From a candidate division WOR-3 bacterium (GTDB lineage Bacteria > Hydrothermota > UBA3072 > B12-G15): a stretch of 11,924 nt of DNA. The position numbers and the translations under genes were made by a program. How positions within the stretch are numbered: the first letter of the stretch is position 1; each line of letters begins with the position of its first letter. This document shows positions 1 through 8,466 of the stretch, in pieces. Location of the stretch: the NCBI GenBank assembly GCA_965649055.1, contig CBFGJG010000053.1:1-11924 (forward strand). Direction: 5' to 3'. A model generated the notes under the pieces. It was not told the DNA's origin, ran no database searches, and worked only from the letters and a program-made list of their open reading frames with translations.

Positions 1-2
1 AT

Positions 3-62
3 AAAATAAAAAGAGTAGGAGAAGATATACTGTTGATAGGTGAAAAATGTTTACAGGAATAA
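3..62 (+). CDS. ribD: 3' end of upstream gene, probably RibD (deaminase/reductase), partial
   Basis: Open frame from the window edge reads [22 protein letters not shown] at 60-62, overlapping the ribE start. RxGeDi..iG resembles RibD C-termini and the position fits ribD-ribE-ribBA-ribH order. Only 19 residues are visible. Confidence 0.6.
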   Translation, partial: KIKRVGEDILLIGEKCLQE

Positions 63-637
63 TAGAGGGTATTGGAGATGTTCTAAAAATTAGAAAGTTT
101 TCTGATAAAATTGAAATAACTATCAGGATTCCTTTCAATGCAAAAAAAGGTGATTCAATAAGTATTGATGGTGTATGTTTAACTGTAAAGGAAATTTCTG
201 AAAAAATTGCAAAATTTGATGCAGTAACCGGGACAGTTGAAAAGACAACATTAAAGTTTTTAAGAGAAGGAAATAAGGTTAATCTCGAGAGGGCTTTGGG
301 AATAGATGGGAGATTTGGCGGGCATATAGTCTTGGGTCATGTGGACGGTATTGGAAGGATTAAAATGTTAAGAAAAGACAAATCAGGTTTGTTGAAAGTC
401 GATTACCCCGAAGAACTTGCTGGATTTATTGCCAGGAAAGGTTCAATAGCAATAGATGGTATAAGTCTCACAATTGCTGAAATTTCAAAGAAGGATTTTA
501 CAATAAATATTATTCCTTTTACAATTGAAAATACAGTATTAAAATATAAAAAAGAAGGTGATTATGTTAACCTTGAAATAGATGTTATTTCAAGGTATAT
601 TAAGAGGATTATGGAGGTAAATAATGGAAGATATTAA
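47..637 (+). CDS. ribE: Riboflavin synthase (alpha chain)
   Basis: Diagnostic N-terminal MFTGIIE; two lumazine-binding repeats ([17 protein letters not shown] and [19 protein letters not shown]); [11 protein letters not shown]. Confidence 0.98.
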   Translation: MFTGIIEGIGDVLKIRKFSDKIEITIRIPFNAKKGDSISIDGVCLTVKEISEKIAKFDAVTGTVEKTTLKFLREGNKVNLERALGIDGRFGGHIVLGHVDGIGRIKMLRKDKSGLLKVDYPEELAGFIARKGSIAIDGISLTIAEISKKDFTINIIPFTIENTVLKYKKEGDYVNLEIDVISRYIKRIMEVNNGRY

Positions 638-1835
638 GTTCAATACCATTGAAGAGGCAATTGAAGACATTAAAAAGGGTAAAATTGTTATAGTTGTTGA
701 TGATGAAGACAGGGAAAACGAAGGTGATTTTGTAATGGCTTCAGAGAAGGTTACACCTGAAGCTATAAATTTTATGAGTAAGATAGGAAGAGGACTTATT
801 TGTGTTTCACTGGAAGAAAAAAGATTGAATGAATTAAAACTTCCTTTAATGACAGACAATATTACTGCAAGGTTCGGAACGGCTTTTACTATAAGTGTTG
901 ACGCAGTAAAAGGAACTACAACAGGTATTAGTGCTTACGATAGGGCCCAAACTATAAAAGTCTGTATTGATCCAAATTCAAAACCGGAAGACCTTGCAAG
1001 ACCAGGGCATATTTTCCCACTCAGGTCAGCACCCGGTGGTGTTTTAAGAAGAGCTGGACATACAGAAGCATCAACAGACCTTGCTAAAATTGCGGGGCTT
1101 TATCCATCAGGAGTTTTATGTGAAATAATGGATGATGATGGAACGATGGCAAAGCTGCCTAAATTATATGAGATTGCAACACAGTATGGGCTTAAACTTA
1201 TAACAATAAAGGACCTTATATTATTTAGACAAAAAACAGAAAAACTCGTAAAAAGGGAGGTGGAAGTAAAACTTCCTTCAGAATATGGTGAATTCAGACT
1301 TTTTGCATATTCTAACTCTCTTGATGACCATATAAACCTTGCCTTGATTTATGGAGAAGTAGAAGGAAAAGAGAATATTCTTGTGAGGGTTCACTCACAA
1401 TGTATAACTGGTGATCTCTTTCTTTCATTAAGATGTGATTGTGGTAGTCAGCTGCATAATGCAATAGAAAGAATAGTAAAAGAAGGGAAAGGGGTTCTTC
1501 TCTATCTTATGCAAGAAGGAAGAGGTATAGGACTTTTAAACAAACTAAAAGCGTATAAATTACAGGAAGAAGGGCTTGATACAGTTGACGCAAATCTAAA
1601 ACTTGGTTTTAAACCTGATTTGAGAGATTATGGAATAGGAGCACAGATTTTAAAGGATATAGGACTTTCAACAATAAGACTTTTAACTAACAATCCAAGA
1701 AAGATAGTTGGACTTGAAGGATATGGTCTAAAGGTTGTTGAGAGGGTTCCATTAGAAATTATTCCTAACGAGGTAAACATTGGTTATTTGAAGGTAAAAA
1801 GAGAGAAACTTGGTCACCTTTTGCGTGACTTTTAA
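624..1835 (+). CDS. ribBA: Bifunctional 3,4-dihydroxy-2-butanone 4-phosphate synthase / GTP cyclohydrolase II
   Basis: [18 protein letters not shown] and RAGHTEA (DHBP synthase); [15 protein letters not shown] Zn site, EGRGIGL and LLTNNP (GCH II). SD GGAGG at 613-617. Confidence 0.98.
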   Translation: MEDIKFNTIEEAIEDIKKGKIVIVVDDEDRENEGDFVMASEKVTPEAINFMSKIGRGLICVSLEEKRLNELKLPLMTDNITARFGTAFTISVDAVKGTTTGISAYDRAQTIKVCIDPNSKPEDLARPGHIFPLRSAPGGVLRRAGHTEASTDLAKIAGLYPSGVLCEIMDDDGTMAKLPKLYEIATQYGLKLITIKDLILFRQKTEKLVKREVEVKLPSEYGEFRLFAYSNSLDDHINLALIYGEVEGKENILVRVHSQCITGDLFLSLRCDCGSQLHNAIERIVKEGKGVLLYLMQEGRGIGLLNKLKAYKLQEEGLDTVDANLKLGFKPDLRDYGIGAQILKDIGLSTIRLLTNNPRKIVGLEGYGLKVVERVPLEIIPNEVNIGYLKVKREKLGHLLRDF

Positions 1836-1846
1836 AAGGAGGTATT

Positions 1847-2296
1847 ATGGAATATCAGGGAACACTAATTGGAAAGGGAAAGAAGATAGGGATTGTTGTA
1901 TCAAGGTTTAACAGCCTTGTAACAACGCATCTTCTTGAAGGTGCAAAAGATTGTTTAAAAAGGCATGGTGTAGATGATGTTGATATTTACTGGACACCGG
2001 GTTCTTTTGAAATCCCTATTGTGCTTAAAAAAATTGTTGATAGGTATGATGGATTAATTGCTATATCTGCAGTTATTAGAGGTGATACGCCCCATTTTGA
2101 TTATGTCGCAAATGAGATCTCAAAAGGTATCGCAAGGATATCGCTGGATTCCGGGAAACCCATCTCTTTTGGTGTAATAACAGCTGATACAGAGGAACAG
2201 GCGTTAACAAGGGCAGGACTTAAACATGGGAATAAAGGATGGGATGCTGCAATGAGTGTTCTGGAGATGATAAATCTCCTCGAAAAGATTAAATGA
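1847..2296 (+). CDS. ribH: 6,7-dimethyl-8-ribityllumazine synthase
   Basis: IVVSRFN, PGSFEIP, VIRGDTPHFDYV, FGVIT and GNKG motifs; SD AGGAGG upstream. Confidence 0.98.
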   Translation: MEYQGTLIGKGKKIGIVVSRFNSLVTTHLLEGAKDCLKRHGVDDVDIYWTPGSFEIPIVLKKIVDRYDGLIAISAVIRGDTPHFDYVANEISKGIARISLDSGKPISFGVITADTEEQALTRAGLKHGNKGWDAAMSVLEMINLLEKIK

Positions 2297-2697
2297 GAAG
2301 GGATGCAAGGATAGCAGTTTTAAAAACACTTTATTCAGAAGAATTTAACACTAATTCATCTGAGGAAATATTCAAAAAATTATTATCTTCAAAGAAATTG
2401 AAGAATGAGGATAGAGAGTTTGCAAGAAGACTTATGAAAAAAACTAAAGAGATGAAAGCTATCATTGATAATAATATCAAAGAGAATCTTAAAAACTGGA
2501 GTTTTAAAAGATTATCAAAGATTGATCTTAATATCTTAAGAATTGCTATTTCTGAGACTGAAGAGTTTCCGGAAACGCCGGTTAAAGTAATAATGGATGA
2601 AGCAATTGAGATTGCAAAGGTCTTTGGTTCATCTAAATCTGCAAAATTTGTTAATGGTGTTCTGGATTCTATATTTCGGAAGAAGGGGCTCCTTTGA
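2293..2697 (+). CDS. nusB: Transcription antitermination factor NusB
   Basis: N-terminal RRxAR, W..RL..ID..ILR, P.KVIMDEAIEIAK.FG and KFVNGVLD; ATGA overlap with ribH; ribH-nusB is a widespread gene pair. Confidence 0.96.
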   Translation: MRRDARIAVLKTLYSEEFNTNSSEEIFKKLLSSKKLKNEDREFARRLMKKTKEMKAIIDNNIKENLKNWSFKRLSKIDLNILRIAISETEEFPETPVKVIMDEAIEIAKVFGSSKSAKFVNGVLDSIFRKKGLL

Positions 2698-3413
2698 AGA
2701 TTGGAATTATATCTGATATACACAGCAATCTTGAAGCACTGGAATCCGTTATTGAAGAGCTGAAATTACTTGATAAGGTAATATGCCTTGGTGATATAGT
2801 AGGTTACGGACCAGATCCGGAAGAATGTATAAATATTATAAAGGATATTGCGGATGTTGTGATTGCTGGAAATCATGACTGGGGTGTTTGCGGAAAAACA
2901 GATATAAAAAATTTTAACAATTTTGCTAAAGAAGCTATTATATGGACTGCCAATAAATTGGATAAAATTTATATGAATTATCTTTCATCACTTCCTTTAA
3001 TTCACAGAGAAGATGGTTATATATACTCACATTCAAATTTCAGTAATCCTGAAGGTTGGGATTATATAATCTTTAGAGAAGATGCGTTAAGAGAATTTTT
3101 TTATTTTGAGGAAAAAATTGGTTTCATTGGACATTCACACATTCCAATCACCTTCATAAAATATAAAGGAGAAATTATAGATTCTAATTCAAAAACAATA
3201 GATGTAAAAATAGATGCAAGGTTTATTATAAACCCGGGAAGCATAGGGCAACCAAGAGATGGTTATAAAGAATCTTCGTATTTAATACTTGATACTGAGG
3301 AAAATTCTGCTATAATAAAAAGAAAGGATTATGATGTTCGGAAGACTTACAGAAAGATTGTTGAAAGAGGTCTACCGAAGATTTTGGGTGATAGGCTCTT
3401 TTATGGAAAATAA
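2694..3413 (+). CDS. Calcineurin-like metallophosphoesterase
   Basis: SDIHSN, LGDIVGYG, GNHD, GHSH and NPGSIGQPRDG motifs; TTG start overlapping the nusB stop (TTGA). Confidence 0.93.
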   Translation: MKIGIISDIHSNLEALESVIEELKLLDKVICLGDIVGYGPDPEECINIIKDIADVVIAGNHDWGVCGKTDIKNFNNFAKEAIIWTANKLDKIYMNYLSSLPLIHREDGYIYSHSNFSNPEGWDYIIFREDALREFFYFEEKIGFIGHSHIPITFIKYKGEIIDSNSKTIDVKIDARFIINPGSIGQPRDGYKESSYLILDTEENSAIIKRKDYDVRKTYRKIVERGLPKILGDRLFYGK

Positions 3414-3430
3414 AACAAAAAGGAGGATTT

Positions 3431-4531
3431 ATGAAGGTTACTATAACAGCAATAAAAGCTGATATTGGAGGTTTTGTTGGTCATAGTTCATGTCATCCAG
3501 ATGTTGTCGAAACGGTAGCAAAGAAGATCAAGAATGCCAAAGAAACAAAATTATTGATTGACTATGATATTAGAACATGCGGAGACGATATATTTATAGT
3601 GATGACTCATACGAATGGTGTTGACTCTGAAAAGGTTCACAAACTTGCCTGGGATGCCTTTGTTGATGGAACAGCTGTAGCAAAAGATTTAAAACTATAC
3701 GGAGCTGGGCAGGACTTACTTAAGGACGCTTTCAGTGGTAATGTGAAGGGAATGGGTCCAGGATGTGCCGAGATGGAATTTGAAGAAAGACTGGGTGAAC
3801 CCGTGATTGTATTTATGGCAGACAAGACATCACCGGGTGCTTGGAATTTCCCATTATTTAAAATGTTTGGAGACCCGATGAATACTGCCGGGCTTGTAAT
3901 CGATCCAAGTATGCATGATGGTTTTATTTTTGAGGTCCTTGATATCTACGAGAATAAAATATTTGAATTCTATCTTCCTGAAGAGATGTATGACCTTCTC
4001 GTTTTTATTGGAGCAGCAGAAAATTTTGTAATAAGAAGGGTCTGGAGAAAATCAGACAAAGAAATTGGTGCAATCTCTTCGACACAGAAACTGAATCTTA
4101 TCGCGGGTAAATATATCGGTAAAGATGACCCTGTTTTGATTGTAAGATGCCAGAGTGGTATGCCTGCGGTTGGTGAAGCACTTGAGCCATTTTGCTTCCC
4201 ACATATTGTTGCAGGTTGGATGAGGGGTTCACACCAAGGACCTCTGATGCCAGTCTCATTTAAAGATGCAACACCTTCAAGATTTGATGGTCCTCCAAGG
4301 GTCATAGCTGCGGGATACCAACTTTCATCTGGGAGACTTGTTGGCCCAAGAGATATGTTCGATGATCCTGGATTTGATAATGCAAGACAGATTGCAAATG
4401 ATATTGCAGACTATTTTAGAAGGCATGGTGCTTTTGAACCACACAGATTACCACTTGGAGGAATGGAATATACTACTATGCCACAGGTAATGAAGAAGCT
4501 TGAAGAGAGGGCTAAGAAGATTCCTTCATAG
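3431..4531 (+). CDS. fbp: Bifunctional fructose-1,6-bisphosphate aldolase/phosphatase (class V FBPase)
   Basis: KADIGG..GH, GDD, YGAGQDLL, GMGPG, DKT.PGA.N, IAGKYIGKDDP (catalytic Tyr and Schiff-base Lys), GWMRGSH.GPLMPV, FDGPPRV and EYTT; SD AGGAGG. Confidence 0.97.
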   Translation: MKVTITAIKADIGGFVGHSSCHPDVVETVAKKIKNAKETKLLIDYDIRTCGDDIFIVMTHTNGVDSEKVHKLAWDAFVDGTAVAKDLKLYGAGQDLLKDAFSGNVKGMGPGCAEMEFEERLGEPVIVFMADKTSPGAWNFPLFKMFGDPMNTAGLVIDPSMHDGFIFEVLDIYENKIFEFYLPEEMYDLLVFIGAAENFVIRRVWRKSDKEIGAISSTQKLNLIAGKYIGKDDPVLIVRCQSGMPAVGEALEPFCFPHIVAGWMRGSHQGPLMPVSFKDATPSRFDGPPRVIAAGYQLSSGRLVGPRDMFDDPGFDNARQIANDIADYFRRHGAFEPHRLPLGGMEYTTMPQVMKKLEERAKKIPS

Positions 4532-5681
4532 TAAAAATTACTATAAAAATTAAAGGGATATAAAATAAAAATATCCATGGACCTGTCTTTATCGAAATTG
4601 TTGATAAAGGCAGGTTCTCAATTAATATCATAAATTTATTCATTATAAATCCAAGATACCATATTCCAAAACTTATCAGATTCTGGAGGGGAGGAAAGAT
4701 TACAAATAACATCATAGATGAGATTATAATTGTTGCAAACGGAATAAGAATAATATTAGCAAAGATTGAGTAAATTGGCATATAATTAAAATAATAGATA
4801 ATAAAAGGTAATGTGAAGATTTGTGCAGAAACAGTTACCAGTAAAGGCAATATTATAAAATTCTTTAAGACATTAAACTTAATTTTTGAGATTATATTAC
4901 TGAATAAATCCATTATAACTATTATACCTATCACAGATAAAAATGATAATTGAAAACTTATAGATGTAATTGCAAGAGGATTCAAAAACATTATAAATAG
5001 ACCGGACAAACCAACAATATTTAAAGATATTCTTTTCCTCTCCAACAGCTCATTTATTCCATAAGAAAAAAGCATTATGTAGGACCTTATAACCGGTATT
5101 TTGAATCCACTTAGAAATATATAAGGGGTTAAAAGAATAGAAGAAATCAATGGAACAAAATTTCTTTTTATTGGGAAAATTCTTACTAATATGAAGATTA
5201 CAAAGTAAACAATGCCAGTGTGTAATCCACTCACGGCAAGAAGATGAGCAGCACCACACCTCTGGAATCTTTTTTCTATAAATTGAGGAAGGTCTCTTTC
5301 ACCGAGAAAAAATGCTCCAATAATATTTCCGATCTCACCACCTATAAGATTATCAATTTTTTTTATTGTATTATTTCTGAACCTGAACAAAGGAATAAAA
5401 ATAGAGTTTCTGTAAAATACGACTAAATTTTTCATAAAATAAAAATTTTTATATTTTGAAATTTTTCCTGAGGCAACTATAAATTCGCCTTCGGTAAGAT
5501 TATCTGATTTTTTGTATATTATCTCAGGTTCTGTCAATGACTTTATAGTTTCATCAACATATATACCTGATATCAAAACAATATCTTTTTTTAAATTCAT
5601 TATCTGAACATATGTTAAAAGATAGAAAGATACAAAGATTAAAGTAAAACCTGCCAGATCATATTTTTTAAAAATAGTCAT
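4512..5681 (-). CDS. comEC: ComEC/Rec2 family competence membrane protein (core domain only)
   Basis: F..G.AHLLAVSGLH, R..IM, P.....SFQLSF and ANIILIP motifs with many TM segments. ATG at 5681 preferred over TTG at 5687. 3' end overlaps fbp by 20 bp (convergent). Confidence 0.9.
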   Translation of the reverse strand: MTIFKKYDLAGFTLIFVSFYLLTYVQIMNLKKDIVLISGIYVDETIKSLTEPEIIYKKSDNLTEGEFIVASGKISKYKNFYFMKNLVVFYRNSIFIPLFRFRNNTIKKIDNLIGGEIGNIIGAFFLGERDLPQFIEKRFQRCGAAHLLAVSGLHTGIVYFVIFILVRIFPIKRNFVPLISSILLTPYIFLSGFKIPVIRSYIMLFSYGINELLERKRISLNIVGLSGLFIMFLNPLAITSISFQLSFLSVIGIIVIMDLFSNIISKIKFNVLKNFIILPLLVTVSAQIFTLPFIIYYFNYMPIYSIFANIILIPFATIIISSMMLFVIFPPLQNLISFGIWYLGFIMNKFMILIENLPLSTISIKTGPWIFLFYIPLIFIVIFTMKESS

Positions 5682-5691
5682 TATCAATGGT

Positions 5692-5720
5692 ATTATAAAA
5701 AATACATAGAAAAATTTGAA
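5692..5720 (-). promoter_or_regulatory. Putative sigma70-type promoter of comEC
   Basis: Minus strand TTCAAA (5720-5715), 17 bp, TATAAT (5697-5692); ATG 10 nt downstream of the -10, no SD. Confidence 0.5.
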
Positions 5721-5791
5721 AGGGTATAATAGACAGATTGTTGACGCATTAACAAATAATAAAAAAATGAAAAAATTCCTGTATTTATAAA

Positions 5792-6169
5792 TCAGGATAA
5801 TAGGGCTTTAAACTCCTCTGACAATTTTTTTGCTTCAAACCTTGCAAGACCTAAATTCTGAGATTCACCTTTTAAACAAAGATAAAGGAAGAAATCAGGA
5901 TTTATTGTTCTTATTACAAATGTAAGATCTTGAGACCTTACAATGCATTCTTCAAAATCTTTTTCTTTCAGGTCTTCAAAACACCTTTTTGAATCAGCAA
6001 CTACACTTGCAAGTTCAGCAGCAGAAATTGCAGAGTCAAAATCTTTATCATCCTTCGCTTCAGCTATGGTAATTCCATCAATACCTACAATACTTGCAAT
6101 TATACAACCTGATACCTTTGCTACAGATTCTGTAAGTCTTGATACAAATGTATTGTTTAAATCTTCCAT
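5792..6169 (-). CDS. Roadblock/LC7 (MglB-like) domain protein
   Basis: 125 aa with SIVGIDGITIA near the N-terminus and NLGLARFEAKK at the C-terminus, typical of bacterial roadblock proteins; SD GGAGG overlapping the end of the upstream gene. Confidence 0.85.
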   Translation of the reverse strand: MEDLNNTFVSRLTESVAKVSGCIIASIVGIDGITIAEAKDDKDFDSAISAAELASVVADSKRCFEDLKEKDFEECIVRSQDLTFVIRTINPDFFLYLCLKGESQNLGLARFEAKKLSEEFKALLS

Positions 6170-6170
6170 A

Positions 6171-6773
6171 CTACCTCCCTTTGATTCTTTCCATTAGATA
6201 GAAAATTCGAACATTCTTTTTTTCAATCTTCATTGCTTTTTTAATAAAAAATTTTGCTTCTCTAATTTTATTTACTGCTATTTTTGCTTCAGCAAGATTT
6301 AACAATATATCAATGTTATCAGAGACTTCTGATAGCGATTTGTTAAGAAGTTCAAAACCTTCAGTTGTTTTACCAAGAAGAACGAGAACAAGGCCATAAT
6401 AACTTCTACAAATAGGATTTCCTTTATCCATTAAATAAGCCATTTTTAGATATTTTTCAGCCCTTATATTGTTTTTTCTTAAAAGGTTGATTCCTTCAAG
6501 TAAAGTCCTATCCCTTGCTTCTCTTCTCATTTTGTCTATATCTTTTTCAAGTTTTCCTTCCTTTAATAATTTTATTACTTCTTTTCTTTTTTCATCGTCA
6601 ATTAATATTTTATAAGCCCATGTGATGTTCAAGAAATTTTCTATGTACAAATTTCTATCCGATGAGGGCAGATGGTCCGGATGGAATTTTTTCGCAAGTC
6701 TATAATATGCTTTTTTTATCTCGGATATTGTAGCATCTTCTTTAACACCCAACAATTTAAACGGGTCTAACAT
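6171..6773 (-). CDS. DnaJ (J-domain) protein with C-terminal TPR-like repeats
   Basis: DPFKLLGV..IKKAYYRLAKKFHPD..I..AY.IL.D..KR J-domain with intact HPD; C-terminal helical repeats (YYGLVLVLLG..EG, LNLAEA..A..KA); no G/F or Zn-finger region. Confidence 0.9.
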   Translation of the reverse strand: MLDPFKLLGVKEDATISEIKKAYYRLAKKFHPDHLPSSDRNLYIENFLNITWAYKILIDDEKRKEVIKLLKEGKLEKDIDKMRREARDRTLLEGINLLRKNNIRAEKYLKMAYLMDKGNPICRSYYGLVLVLLGKTTEGFELLNKSLSEVSDNIDILLNLAEAKIAVNKIREAKFFIKKAMKIEKKNVRIFYLMERIKGR

Positions 6774-7870
6774 TTCTTAAAATCCTTATATTTGTTAAAT
6801 ACAAATTCTTTGATATCTTTTTCAAACTTTTTTCTATCAAATCTCTGAGCATTCTTTAACATATCGGCTTTCTTAAAATTATAGTTTTTGAATTTCTTTA
6901 CCGCTTCTATAATTGCTTCAGGTGATTGTTCATCAAAAAATATCCCTGTTTTACCTTCAATAATACTTTCAATTGCCCCTCCACCTCTATATGCTATCAC
7001 AGGTGTCCCACAGGCATTTGCCTCGATCGGTGTTATACCAAAATCTTCAAGCTGTGGAAATATAAATGCCTGTGCCCTTTGATAATAGTTTCTTAATGTA
7101 TCATCGTCAACTGTATTCATAAAATGAATATTTTGTTTTGAAATCCTCATTAATTTCGGAAGAATATTTCCCTCACCTATAATAACAAGAGGTAAACCCA
7201 TTCTGTTAAATGCCTCAATAGCTATAGGAAATTTCTTATATTCCTTGAGTCTTCCAACCATTAAAAAATAATCTTCCTTTTTAACATCCTCTGGATAAAA
7301 TTTTTCAAGGTCACAGGGAGGGTATATAACAATTGAATCCCTTCCATAGTATTTTTTTATTCTCTCTTTTATGTTTATAGAATTTGCTATAAAATAATCA
7401 ACCCTTTGCGCAGTTGTGTAATCCCAGATTCGGAAGTAATTTGCAGTAAGTCTTAAAAAAAATTTTTCAAATGTATTTCGGCTCTCACCTACAGTGTAAG
7501 AATGAAAAGATTCATACGCAAATCTCATTGGAGAATGACAGTAGCAAATATGTAATGTATCTTTGGTTGTGAACACTCCTTTTGCCCAAGCACTTGAATC
7601 TGAAAGCACAATATCGTAATCTGTTAGGTCAAAGCTTTCCACAGCAAGTGGATAAAATATTAGATACCTTTCATACATTGTTTCAATAGATGGCAATCTG
7701 TGAAGAAAAGATATCTCGGATTCAATTTTTCTCAATCTTTCCGGGAGTTTTTTGTTGTTTCTTATAAGTGTAAATATCTTTGCATCAGGGAATATATTAA
7801 TAAATGACTCTAAAACCCTTTCAGCTCCGCCATATTGATTTAAATAATCATGGATTAGTGCTATTTTCAT
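6767..7870 (-). CDS. Glycosyltransferase family 4 (WbaZ/mannosyltransferase-like)
   Basis: KIALIHDYL..GGAERVL, YCHSPMR, VIYPP, GRL..YK and EDFGITPIEA.ACGTPVIA (EX7E) motifs. Confidence 0.95.
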   Translation of the reverse strand: MKIALIHDYLNQYGGAERVLESFINIFPDAKIFTLIRNNKKLPERLRKIESEISFLHRLPSIETMYERYLIFYPLAVESFDLTDYDIVLSDSSAWAKGVFTTKDTLHICYCHSPMRFAYESFHSYTVGESRNTFEKFFLRLTANYFRIWDYTTAQRVDYFIANSINIKERIKKYYGRDSIVIYPPCDLEKFYPEDVKKEDYFLMVGRLKEYKKFPIAIEAFNRMGLPLVIIGEGNILPKLMRISKQNIHFMNTVDDDTLRNYYQRAQAFIFPQLEDFGITPIEANACGTPVIAYRGGGAIESIIEGKTGIFFDEQSPEAIIEAVKKFKNYNFKKADMLKNAQRFDRKKFEKDIKEFVFNKYKDFKKC

Positions 7871-7877
7871 ATTAATA

Positions 7878-7905
7878 ATTCTAACAAAAAATAGAAATTT
7901 GTCAA
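7878..7905 (-). promoter_or_regulatory. Putative promoter of the glycosyltransferase operon
   Basis: Minus strand perfect TTGACA (7905-7900), 16 bp, TAGAAT (7883-7878) preceded by TGn (extended -10); 7 nt to the ATG at 7870. Confidence 0.7.
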
Positions 7906-7913
7906 ATTTTTTA

Positions 7914-7941
7914 TTGACTTTTAATTATTTTATTGTTTAAT
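7914..7941 (+). promoter_or_regulatory. Putative promoter of the hypothetical gene
   Basis: TTGACT (7914-7919), 16 bp, TTTAAT (7936-7941); 6 nt to the ATG at 7948. Confidence 0.5.
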
Positions 7942-7947
7942 CAAAAA

Positions 7948-8466
7948 ATGGAAGATAAAATTGAAAACAATGAAGAAATATTCTTAAAAACATATTCTCT
8001 TGCTTGGACTTATGATTTCATAAATGTTAATTTTAGGAAAGACCGAGTTGAAGAATATCTTAAAGGATTCCTTGAAGAGGATAAGAAAGTGGATAAGATG
8101 GTGTTTATAAGGGATGGAGTAAAATTCTCTTTAACACCATTAATACTTGAACTTATTGTTGAAAAACTTGAGAGATTTAAAAAAAATCAAAAAGATGATG
8201 AGCTTATAAAAGTGGCAGGTATGATATTGAAATTGTTAAATAATGGGATTGCACCATGGGATATACCTTTTTTTTCAGGTATTTTTGTAAGGCAGGTTTT
8301 TCAACATCCTTTGTCCACTAATCAAAGAATATTTGAATTGATTTATGAATTTATCCCCAGAAAAATAGTAAACCCTGAATATACAAAAGAAAAAAAGAAA
8401 GAAGAAAATAAAGATATTCCGAAAGGTTATAAACAAACGGATTCAGGTCTTATTGTTCCTGAATAA
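7948..8466 (+). CDS. Hypothetical helical protein, 172 aa
   Basis: Only long ORF in the interval, with Lys/Glu-rich composition like its neighbours. ATG at 7948 preferred because the TTG at 7933 falls inside the predicted promoter. No family recognised. Confidence 0.8.
   Translation: MEDKIENNEEIFLKTYSLAWTYDFINVNFRKDRVEEYLKGFLEEDKKVDKMVFIRDGVKFSLTPLILELIVEKLERFKKNQKDDELIKVAGMILKLLNNGIAPWDIPFFSGIFVRQVFQHPLSTNQRIFELIYEFIPRKIVNPEYTKEKKKEENKDIPKGYKQTDSGLIVPE

Noticed and set aside
1..46. FMN riboswitch upstream of the rib genes
   Set aside because: This stretch appears to be coding (probable ribD end); the operon leader lies outside the window.
590..4305. Minus-strand ORFs 590..859, 2331..2723, 3637..3825 and 3970..4305
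   Set aside because: Antisense shadows of well-supported genes; Ser/Ile/Phe-rich with no recognisable motifs.
4512..4531. Convergent gene ends without terminators (fbp/comEC 20-bp overlap; also abutting stops at 8466/8467)
   Set aside because: Common in compact genomes; no hairpin or other special signal seen.
5725..5746. Plus-strand TATAAT (5725-5730) and TTGACG (5741-5746) as an antisense promoter
   Set aside because: The boxes are in the wrong order and neither has a correctly spaced partner; expected by chance in AT-rich DNA.
5050..7082. ORFs 5050..5259, 5244..5426, 5943..6197 and 6888..7082
   Set aside because: Alternate-frame or antisense ORFs inside comEC, roadblock/DnaJ and GT4, with no coding signals.
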